From positions 26,960 through 90,959 of IMG/VR virus record IMGVR_UViG_3300033069_001022: 64,000 bases of DNA. The stretch is one strand, 5' to 3'. Below are positions 46,432 to 55,358 of this stretch, one piece after another; within the stretch, counting starts at the first letter, position 1; each line of letters starts with the position of its first letter. The notes beneath the pieces were generated by a model. The model worked only from the letters and a program-made list of their open reading frames with translations. It had not been told where the DNA came from and did no database searches. The translations under genes were made by a program, and so were the position numbers. This DNA is from a virus. Lineage: Duplodnaviria > Heunggongvirae > Uroviricota > Caudoviricetes.

Positions 46432-49400
46432 ATGGCTGAAGAAATTTCACTAAATCCTAAACAACTTTATTACGGTTTAAATCCTGACTCAATAACTTCA
46501 CAGTTAAAGCCTGGACAATATCCTTATGCTTTAAACGCAGTTGTAGAAGGTTGGGATGGTAATATACTGACTATTCAGAATGAGCAGGGTAATGTATTTT
46601 GTTTTGATTTCCCTGCTGGTTATAAAGTAATAGGTGGTAAGAATATACCACAATTAGGAAAGATATTCTTTATACTTACTAATCCAGAAACTGGAGATAG
46701 TGAAGTAGGACTAGGTACAAATGATACTTGTGAATATAAAACTTTGATAACCGATGTTGGAAATGGTTGTAAATTCGGATTTAGTGTACATTTTCCCATT
46801 CATAAAATGGTTGTTAAAACCACTAACTGTTCAACACAAGTCTATTTTACAGATGGTCAACCAGGTCACAGGATGTATATTGACTTGGATGATTTACCTT
46901 GGGTGGAAGAAATTGATCCTAATAATTCGTTCAAAAGAATTAAAAAAGTAGGACAACTGGATTGTAATAAATTAAGAGTACAACCTGATTTTAGTATACC
47001 AGAAATTAAAGGAACAGAAGTAACTATTGGTGGAAGTTTAATAACTGGTGTATATCAGGGAGTTATACAGTATGCAAACTCTTTAGGGGAAGGACTTACT
47101 GGTATGTACAATGCTACTAATCCTATAGGTATTTTTGAACAAAAAGAATCTCCGGATTTTAATCTTCCTACTTCTAAAGCTATTACTTTTGAGATAACTA
47201 ATTTAGACCAGAGTGGGTTATATGAATATTTTAATCTGGTTATCATTAAAACAATTAATAATATTGTATCAGTTGAGCAGGTAGGGACTTTTCCTATAGC
47301 AAATACTACATATACATATACATATACTGGAACAAATAAGACAGATAAAGCTCTTAATATAGAAGATGTTTTTCAGAAATATCCTTATTATGATGTTGCA
47401 GAGGATATTTTTGTAGTGGATAATGTGCTGGGCTGGGACCAATTAAAAGAAACAGAAGAGAAAAATTATCAACCTTTCTGGAGTAAAGTATCTCTTTTAT
47501 GGGAGTCATATAAAATACCATATAATCAATTTCAGGGTTATAATAATGGTGTAAATGGGGAAAAATTCAAAGGATATATGAGAGATGAGGTATATCCATT
47601 TGAAGGTTGTTTCCTTTTTACTAATGGTAAACAATCAAGATCTTATCATATTCCTGCTAGACAATCTAATATGCAGGATGTTCAAATAGTACAACCTGAT
47701 AATCCGGATAATAGTTTTTCTACAATAGATCCTTGTAACCCTCCTGAGCCTAAATTCTACTGGCAAGTATATAACACTGCTAGTGTAATAGCTACACCGT
47801 ACACCACTACTCCTGGAGATTGTTATATAGGACCATATCAATATGGAGAAATGGCTTTCTGGGAAAGTGAAGAGAGATATCCTAATAATACTGAAATATG
47901 GGGAACTTTAGCCAATAAAAGAATAAGGCATCATAAAATGCCTGATGTACTGGTTAGTCCCATTCATGATAATAATGATTTAAATGACCCTTCTTTTGAG
48001 CATTCTATATTTCCACTGGGAGTAAAAATTAATCCTATATCCTTTCTTCAGGCTTTAAAGGAGACACTTACTCCTGAAGAGATTTCACAAATAGCTGGTT
48101 TTAAAATAACAAGAGGTAATAGAGTTAATAATAAAAGTATTATTGCTAAAGGACTTATACACAATGTTGGAACAACTCTTTATGAAGATAAAAGTTACTT
48201 TTATCCAAATTATCCATTTAATGATTTAAGAGAAGACCCTTATTATGTTACTACAAAATTAGAGAGCCATGCTGGTTTTTCTAATTTAGAGTCTTTAAAA
48301 GGTTTTGATAATAGTGATGCCAAGAGTCATTTTACATTTCATTCACCAGATACTCATTTTTATCAACCTTCTTTGGGTAATACAGGACAGTTCTTAAAAA
48401 TGGAAACTATAGAATATGGTCAGGCTAAAGGACACTTTGTTAAAGTAACAGATAATGCTGAATATAAATTCCTTACAACCAGGGCTATACAAGCTGCTGC
48501 TGGACTGGGTATATCTGGTGGTGTAGTTATAGGAGCAGGTATGATGGGTTGGCCGGAATATACAATGGCTAATGTAGTTCCAACATATGTAGCTGCTGTA
48601 GATTTATTTGAAAGATTGGCTCCATTTACTAACTTTGCTTATAACTTTAACTCAGTTGGTAACTATAATAAATCATTTGGTATTCCTAATGAAGGTTTTA
48701 AACAACGAGGTATTAACTATAATAAATACATTATAGATGGTTTAAATGCTGTTGAGAATGGTAAAGTCATAAATAATTTTAGAAGAGAGAGTTCTGTTTA
48801 TATTGCTACAAGTGGGGAATTACAATTCCCTACTGAATATTCTGTAACAATTCCTATAGATGACTCACGATATAATATGGCATCTCTTGGGGATGATTTT
48901 TTAACACCAGAAACTATAAGGACTTCTAATATTAGTTCTTACTATGGCTCTATTAAAAGAGATTTAACTAATCAATGGGGATATATGTATTCCTATGAAA
49001 CTATTGATACAGGTTATTATCAAAGCTTAAGAGATTTACAAGGTAACTTCCTATATGAATACCCTACAATATTTGGAGGAGATATATTTATTAATAGATT
49101 TGGTTATAAGTCTAAGCTACCTTTCTTCAGGGATAATACAGTTGGAAATCCTAATTCTACTGATATAGCATATGATGAAATAGGAAATATTAATTTTCCG
49201 ATGTTCTGGATGTCTACAAAAGCAGAAAGATATGATGTACAACTGGATGAAGAAATAGAAGATGTTAGGGGTGAATTCTTAGCACCTTCATTTTTTGATA
49301 TTATAGCCAATCTGGTAGGAGGTGGGGCAAGAGGTTCTCAAAAGGCTATGGCACTAGTAGCTAAATTGTTTGAAGAGATTAGCACTAAAATAGGTATCAA

Positions 49401-51063
49401 GAATTTAAATCTAGACAGGGCAGATACTTCAAAACTGTTTGAACAAGGATTATTCTATTTATTTGCATATGGTATACCATACTTCTTTTGTGAATCAGAA
49501 GTGAATGTAGACTTTAGACAAGCTACTAATACAAGAGAAGGTAATTTCTATCCAAATGTTGGGGGCGATATACCAGATGATTGGTTACAAGAAGTGTCTG
49601 TACCAATTATTGAAGATAATAAATATGTATACAATAAGACCTACTCAAAGCAAAATAAAGAAAATTATTTTGCACATTTGAGGGAGGACTATGATCCAAA
49701 TAAATTATGTAACTCTGAGTTTCAAAATAGAGCTATTTGGTCTGAGAAATCTAATCTGGAAGAAACAAAAAATAACTGGTTAGTTTATAAACCTATTAGT
49801 AGAATAGATTTTCCAAAGAATTACGGATTACTTGTTTCTGTAGATGGTATTGAAAATACTCAAGTACTGGTAAGATTTGAGAATAAAACACAGTTATATA
49901 ACACTTTATTAACTGCTCCTACAAGTGTGGCAGATGTATATCTTGGTAAGAGTTTATTCACAACTACTGTACCACCTTGGGATTATGCAGATACAGATTT
50001 AGGTTATATAGGTACACAGAATAAATTCTTATTAAAAACAGAGCATGGAGATATTACTATAGATGCTTTAAGAGGTCAGATATTCTTAATTAAAGGGCAG
50101 CAAAGTAAAGAATTAAGTGCTGAAGGTGCTAGTAAATTCTTTACAGAGTATCTTCCATTTACAATAAAGAAAGCCTTCCCAGATTATCCTATTGATAATC
50201 ATTTTAATGGAGCTGGTTTACATGGGGTTTATGACCCTAAATATGACAGATTTATAATAACTAAGTTAGATTATAAACCATTACTGGATACTATAGTTTA
50301 TGATGGAAAAGTATTTAAAATTGGTGATAAAATAGTAGAACTAACAGATACTAAATATTTCTGTAATACTTCTTTTACCATATCTTATTCTTTTTCAACT
50401 AATTCATGGACTTCTTATCATTCTTATTTACCAAATTATTATATAGGAAATAACAATTTCTTCTATTCTGGTAAACAAAATGGTATATGGAAACATGATA
50501 CAGCATTTACTCTTTATAATAACTTCTATGGAGAGATTGCTCCATATATTATAGAGTATCCTTATTCATATAAATACTTAGATGAAATATTACAAAATGT
50601 ACAGGACTATTCAAAAATATTACAGTACGATAATTGGCAGTCCTTCGTTGAGACAGATGATTACTATTTTAACAAATGTATAGTATATTCAAACCAACAA
50701 TGTTCTGGAGTATTAGAACTGGATAAAAAACCAAAGAATAATTTATTCACACAGAAAGAATATCCAAAGTATAACACTGAATCAAAAACTATTTTATACA
50801 CAAAGTCAGGTAGTTTTTATCAATTTAATACATTCTGGGACTTGATTAAGAATAATAAACAACCTATGTGGTTGCCTTCTTGTGAATCAGTTTCTATTTT
50901 CAAAGAACTTAATCAAGAGAACATGTCTTATAACAAAAGGTCTTTTAATAAAGCCCCTATTAGGTCTAAAGACTTAAAAATAAGACTTATTAATGATAAG
51001 TATGATAATCTTAAATTTGTAAGTTCATTTTTTATCACCCAAACACAGAAGTCATATAAATAA
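46432..51063 (+). CDS. very large virion-type protein (1543 aa), function unknown
   Basis: ORF track. All internal antisense or alternate-frame ORFs are short. Confidence 0.6.
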   Translation: MAEEISLNPKQLYYGLNPDSITSQLKPGQYPYALNAVVEGWDGNILTIQNEQGNVFCFDFPAGYKVIGGKNIPQLGKIFFILTNPETGDSEVGLGTNDTCEYKTLITDVGNGCKFGFSVHFPIHKMVVKTTNCSTQVYFTDGQPGHRMYIDLDDLPWVEEIDPNNSFKRIKKVGQLDCNKLRVQPDFSIPEIKGTEVTIGGSLITGVYQGVIQYANSLGEGLTGMYNATNPIGIFEQKESPDFNLPTSKAITFEITNLDQSGLYEYFNLVIIKTINNIVSVEQVGTFPIANTTYTYTYTGTNKTDKALNIEDVFQKYPYYDVAEDIFVVDNVLGWDQLKETEEKNYQPFWSKVSLLWESYKIPYNQFQGYNNGVNGEKFKGYMRDEVYPFEGCFLFTNGKQSRSYHIPARQSNMQDVQIVQPDNPDNSFSTIDPCNPPEPKFYWQVYNTASVIATPYTTTPGDCYIGPYQYGEMAFWESEERYPNNTEIWGTLANKRIRHHKMPDVLVSPIHDNNDLNDPSFEHSIFPLGVKINPISFLQALKETLTPEEISQIAGFKITRGNRVNNKSIIAKGLIHNVGTTLYEDKSYFYPNYPFNDLREDPYYVTTKLESHAGFSNLESLKGFDNSDAKSHFTFHSPDTHFYQPSLGNTGQFLKMETIEYGQAKGHFVKVTDNAEYKFLTTRAIQAAAGLGISGGVVIGAGMMGWPEYTMANVVPTYVAAVDLFERLAPFTNFAYNFNSVGNYNKSFGIPNEGFKQRGINYNKYIIDGLNAVENGKVINNFRRESSVYIATSGELQFPTEYSVTIPIDDSRYNMASLGDDFLTPETIRTSNISSYYGSIKRDLTNQWGYMYSYETIDTGYYQSLRDLQGNFLYEYPTIFGGDIFINRFGYKSKLPFFRDNTVGNPNSTDIAYDEIGNINFPMFWMSTKAERYDVQLDEEIEDVRGEFLAPSFFDIIANLVGGGARGSQKAMALVAKLFEEISTKIGIKNLNLDRADTSKLFEQGLFYLFAYGIPYFFCESEVNVDFRQATNTREGNFYPNVGGDIPDDWLQEVSVPIIEDNKYVYNKTYSKQNKENYFAHLREDYDPNKLCNSEFQNRAIWSEKSNLEETKNNWLVYKPISRIDFPKNYGLLVSVDGIENTQVLVRFENKTQLYNTLLTAPTSVADVYLGKSLFTTTVPPWDYADTDLGYIGTQNKFLLKTEHGDITIDALRGQIFLIKGQQSKELSAEGASKFFTEYLPFTIKKAFPDYPIDNHFNGAGLHGVYDPKYDRFIITKLDYKPLLDTIVYDGKVFKIGDKIVELTDTKYFCNTSFTISYSFSTNSWTSYHSYLPNYYIGNNNFFYSGKQNGIWKHDTAFTLYNNFYGEIAPYIIEYPYSYKYLDEILQNVQDYSKILQYDNWQSFVETDDYYFNKCIVYSNQQCSGVLELDKKPKNNLFTQKEYPKYNTESKTILYTKSGSFYQFNTFWDLIKNNKQPMWLPSCESVSIFKELNQENMSYNKRSFNKAPIRSKDLKIRLINDKYDNLKFVSSFFITQTQKSYK

Positions 51064-51064
51064 T

Positions 51065-51136
51065 ATGGGTGATTATTTTAAATATTATCTTTATATACAT
51101 ATCCGTTTAGATAAAAATGAAGTATTTTATAAATAA
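51065..51136 (+). pseudogene. decayed N-terminal fragment of a GIY-YIG endonuclease gene (MGDYFKYYLYIHIRLDKNEVFYK-stop)
   Basis: About 50 nt nearly identical to the start of 44282..45058 (YYLYRHIRLDKNEVFYVGVG). Confidence 0.5.
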
Positions 51137-51209
51137 AAATCTATATAGAAAAAGATTTAAGCTAGAATATTTATTAACAGAAACACAAAAATCTTTCAAA
51201 TAAAATACT

Positions 51210-51728
51210 ATGGAACTGTTTAAAATTACACAAAGTAAAAACCCTTTTGCAACAGAATCTGTAATTAAAATACTTAATTATAGAATAGAACAAGAAGAAC
51301 AATCTTCTAGATTATATCACTCAATGTCCCTATGGTTAAATGATAATGGGTTTATGGGGGCAGCTAAAGCTTGGCAAAAGGATGCTGATGGGGAAATGGA
51401 ACACGCTAACTGGGCTAAAGAATATCTTCTAGATATGGGTGTTAAACCTACACTACCAGCTCTTCAAAAACCACCACATGATTTTACTGGATTATGTGAT
51501 ATAATAAGAATGTCTTTTGAACATGAAATAGTGGTTACGAAACAATGTAATGATTTAGCTAACAATGCTTTGAAGACAGGTGATAATCTTCTGTATCAGT
51601 TGGCTAATAAATTCCTACAAGAACAACAGGAAGAACTAGGTAAATTACAAACTTTACTTGATAAACTAGAAGCTTTTGGAGAAGACAAAATTGCACTTAG
51701 ATTACTTGATAATGAATTAGGCTCTTAA
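51210..51728 (+). CDS. ferritin-like (non-heme ferritin/Dps superfamily) protein
   Basis: Four-helix-bundle pattern with ferroxidase-site-like residues: ...EEQSSRLYHSM...EMEHANWAKEYL...FEHEIVVTKQ...FLQEQQEELGKL. Confidence 0.6.
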   Translation: MELFKITQSKNPFATESVIKILNYRIEQEEQSSRLYHSMSLWLNDNGFMGAAKAWQKDADGEMEHANWAKEYLLDMGVKPTLPALQKPPHDFTGLCDIIRMSFEHEIVVTKQCNDLANNALKTGDNLLYQLANKFLQEQQEELGKLQTLLDKLEAFGEDKIALRLLDNELGS

Positions 51729-51729
51729 T

Positions 51730-54700
51730 ATGGTAAAGAAAAAACTTATACCCAAGAAAGGTACACTGGTGAATGGTAAAAAGGTTACTGAAAAACAACG
51801 CAAGTTTTTCACAGATATGTGTTCTATGGAAGATGGTGGAACTATTCTACCTATAGCAGATTCTGGTATACACATAAAACCTGAGAACAAAGGGAAATTT
51901 ACAGCCACTAAAAAAAGGACTGGTAAATCCACTGAAGAACTTACCCATAGTAAAAACCCTCTTACCAGAAAAAGAGCTATTTTTGCACAGAATGCAAAGA
52001 AATGGAAACATGAAGATGGTGGTAGTATAGCTATTACTCCGTTGGAGCAATATCAGGGCCTAAATAATTCAACAAAAGACCAGATGATTTTTCCTATGAC
52101 TGGAAAGAATATATTCAGAGGTCTGGATAATGGTCAACCTGTTATGCTGCAAGATACTACTGGCAAGCAGAAAATACTTACTGGCCCACAAGATACTGCC
52201 ATGATGAAGGGAACTGTTAAAGAAAAAAGAATTAAAGCACAGCAAGGTGCTTCAGTAGATTGGAATAGTGATTGGCTTAAATCTCCTATGGCTCAGAAGA
52301 TGAATCAGGGGGAGCAGGATTTCACTACTGAGAGATTGCAGTCTCTTAAAGATTTATCTCCTACAAATATAATGCCACAAAAACAACTAGAAGCTATGAC
52401 TGGTAATAAGTCAAAACATCTGGGAGTTTATGATAGTAATAAACATACTGTAAATATAAATAGTAAAATAAAAGACCCTTCCTTATTTAATGTAGTCGAA
52501 ACACATGAGAAAAGTCATGCTGCTGACAAAGGTGGAAAACTTATGTCTAAAGAAGATTTAAACATGACAGACTCAGAAGGAAGGGCTTTACTGAATCAAG
52601 CAAGATATGAGTATCAGAATAATGGTACTTATGACCCTTTTACACAACCTTTTAAATCAGAATACTTGAAAGACAAAAACAACGGTATCAGAAATTTAAA
52701 GAAAAAATATTCTGATGACCAAATAACAAACTTAATGAATTCTGTATCCTCTATAGATTCTAAAGGAACTCCTATAGCTAAATGTGGTAAGTCTGTAAAG
52801 GGAAAGATGAAAAAGGCACAACAAGGTTTAATCACTCAAGAGGAGAAAGACAGAAGATTATGGGGTGAACAAAATCAGCAAGTTGTAACTAACCCTGATG
52901 CACAACCACTTCAAGCAAACCCTGACTATAATCCTAATCAGCAGACACAGTTCATTGATAAGGGTATAGCAGAGCCTATTTCTACTTCAAGTGTAAAAAC
53001 TACTTTTCAAACCAATAATAATAAACCTAAGACAGTTGGTAAAACTGATAAGAAAAATGATCATCCTTCCTTTGGCGTTGGCGAAGCTTTAACTGCTGGT
53101 ATTGGAATGGCACAAATGTTACTTGGTCCAGAGGGAGAAAGAAGGAGAATAGATAATACTTTAGCTTACAATCCATATGCTTATGGAACTGGCTCTCAAG
53201 CTCTTGCAAAGAAAGGTAAATCTGTTAAACCTTCTCATCAAGGACAAGGACTTATGACCTATGAAGGAGGTAATGCCCCTAAAGTGTCTGAAAATATATT
53301 TGATGGTGGCACACACTTATTCACTGGAGATTCCCATAAAGATGGAGGTATAATATCCTCTTTTAATGGTACACCATTTGAAGCTGAAGGTGGAGAACCT
53401 TTTGCTAAAATAGAGGGAAAAGGTGTTGTTTTTGGAGATTTAGTAAATCCAGTAACTGGAAGAACCTACAAAAAAGACGCCAAAGAAATAATGAAAAAAG
53501 AATTAAAGATTAGTAAATACCTGGATAAAGGTACTGAATTGGTTAATGAAAAAGATCCTACAGATAAGTTTGAAAGATTAGCTTTTAACTCTGGTAGAGT
53601 TATGATAGAAGGGGCAGCAACTAAGTTAAAACAAATAGCAGATTCAAAAGCCCATCTTGCTGAATTACAGGAAGCACAACTTGAAATAGAAGGGGAAGAA
53701 GCTTTTGCTAAACATGGTAAGATAATCAAAGCCCAATCAGGTGTTACAGCCCCTGTTAGACCTACTATCGAAGGTTCAAAATATTCGCTATACCCAAATG
53801 CTCTAGAGGGATTAGCCAGAAAGGTGGCAGATGAAGTTGGTTTAGACCCTAATCTATTTCATAAAGTGGTCACACAAGAAAGTCAGTACAACCCAAAAGC
53901 AGAGTCTAGACCAAATAGGAGAACTGGTGAAAATGCCTTGGGGTTGGCTATGTTAACTCCTAAAGTAGCAAAAGAATATGGATTATCAAAAAAGGATTTA
54001 GTAGATGATAGTTTTGAAGGATATTCTAAGAATCTATTTGCAGGAGCCACAGAGTTGAAAAAAAGAATAGATAAATATAATGGAGACACTAAACTTGGTC
54101 TTCTTGATTATAATGGAGGAGAAGGAGCTGTAGCTTCTGCAAGAAGAAATGCTAAAAAACAAGGTCTGATAAAAACAGATAGTGAGTTTACAGGAGATAT
54201 AGGTGTCACTGCTTTATCCAATAAAAGGAAAAAAAGAGGTTCTACAAACCCTGATTTGTGGGAAGTACAGAGTGTAGACTATGTTAATAATATAATGGAT
54301 GCAGATGAAGCTGCTTTCCCACAAAAAGCTGCTAATTTTAATAAAAATTTCTATCAGCAACCTACTCCTGATTTTAGTTTACCCACTCCACAACTACAGG
54401 GTTTAACTCCTGAAGAGATAGCTACTATGGATGGTAAGAAACCAAATGTACCTAACCAACCAGCTACAGGTTCAGCTCCTTTTGAATGGAAAAAAGTAGA
54501 ACCTTTTGGTATAAAACCTACTAATGATAAACTTCAGTTATCTCAGATAATGGGAGAAACTGCTGCATTGTTTGATAGACCAGATTTTGTACAAGGGCAA
54601 AGATATAATCCAGACTTATACACACCTTATCAGGTGTCTTTCCAGGATAGGATTAACCAGAACTCAAAGACATTCAATGCTTTACAAAGTACTATGGCTG

Positions 54701-55272
54701 GTAATCCAGAAGCTTTAGCTACTATGGCTGGACAACAGTACTCTGCTAATGATGCTGTATTAGCTGAAGAATTCAGGACTAACCAAGCTATATCTAATGA
54801 TATAACTAATAAGAATGTAGCTTTATTAAATGATGCAAAACTAAAAAATATATCTCTGATTGATCAACAGTATGTTAGACAAAACCAAGCTAAGAGTATA
54901 ACTAAGCAGAATAGGACAAATGCTCTTAACTCCATATCTTCAAAAATATTACAGAAGAAAGCTTCTAATAATCTGTTGAATACATATAAAAATATGTTCC
55001 CTCACTATGACTTTGATGGTAATTATCAAGTAGTTAAACAAGGTCCAGGAGGAGAAGAATATGTTAATTTTCCTGGACAAGTGGGAACTAATCCTTTTGC
55101 AACTACTGATAATAAAGTTCAAACCACTTATGAAAATGGCGTTGAAAAATCAAAAAAAGTAACTACTGAACCTTCTTATGTAAGGGATAAAAAATACCTA
55201 GAATTGCAGAAACAACTTAATGATTTGAAATTTAATGGTAGTATTGTTAAAAAATATAGAGGCTCAAATTAA
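51730..55272 (+). CDS. large virion protein (1180 aa) with an internal SLT-type lytic transglycosylase domain
   Basis: TQESQYNPKAESRPNRRTGENALGLAMLTPKVAKEYGL ... LLDYNGGEGAV matches SLT catalytic motifs. Confidence 0.6.
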   Translation: MVKKKLIPKKGTLVNGKKVTEKQRKFFTDMCSMEDGGTILPIADSGIHIKPENKGKFTATKKRTGKSTEELTHSKNPLTRKRAIFAQNAKKWKHEDGGSIAITPLEQYQGLNNSTKDQMIFPMTGKNIFRGLDNGQPVMLQDTTGKQKILTGPQDTAMMKGTVKEKRIKAQQGASVDWNSDWLKSPMAQKMNQGEQDFTTERLQSLKDLSPTNIMPQKQLEAMTGNKSKHLGVYDSNKHTVNINSKIKDPSLFNVVETHEKSHAADKGGKLMSKEDLNMTDSEGRALLNQARYEYQNNGTYDPFTQPFKSEYLKDKNNGIRNLKKKYSDDQITNLMNSVSSIDSKGTPIAKCGKSVKGKMKKAQQGLITQEEKDRRLWGEQNQQVVTNPDAQPLQANPDYNPNQQTQFIDKGIAEPISTSSVKTTFQTNNNKPKTVGKTDKKNDHPSFGVGEALTAGIGMAQMLLGPEGERRRIDNTLAYNPYAYGTGSQALAKKGKSVKPSHQGQGLMTYEGGNAPKVSENIFDGGTHLFTGDSHKDGGIISSFNGTPFEAEGGEPFAKIEGKGVVFGDLVNPVTGRTYKKDAKEIMKKELKISKYLDKGTELVNEKDPTDKFERLAFNSGRVMIEGAATKLKQIADSKAHLAELQEAQLEIEGEEAFAKHGKIIKAQSGVTAPVRPTIEGSKYSLYPNALEGLARKVADEVGLDPNLFHKVVTQESQYNPKAESRPNRRTGENALGLAMLTPKVAKEYGLSKKDLVDDSFEGYSKNLFAGATELKKRIDKYNGDTKLGLLDYNGGEGAVASARRNAKKQGLIKTDSEFTGDIGVTALSNKRKKRGSTNPDLWEVQSVDYVNNIMDADEAAFPQKAANFNKNFYQQPTPDFSLPTPQLQGLTPEEIATMDGKKPNVPNQPATGSAPFEWKKVEPFGIKPTNDKLQLSQIMGETAALFDRPDFVQGQRYNPDLYTPYQVSFQDRINQNSKTFNALQSTMAGNPEALATMAGQQYSANDAVLAEEFRTNQAISNDITNKNVALLNDAKLKNISLIDQQYVRQNQAKSITKQNRTNALNSISSKILQKKASNNLLNTYKNMFPHYDFDGNYQVVKQGPGGEEYVNFPGQVGTNPFATTDNKVQTTYENGVEKSKKVTTEPSYVRDKKYLELQKQLNDLKFNGSIVKKYRGSN

Positions 55273-55358
55273 ACTATAAAAGTTACACTTTTTTCACTAA
55301 TTAGGTAGAAAAATTTGGAAATGTCATATTTCCTTTCTATCTTTGTTAATTATTACTA

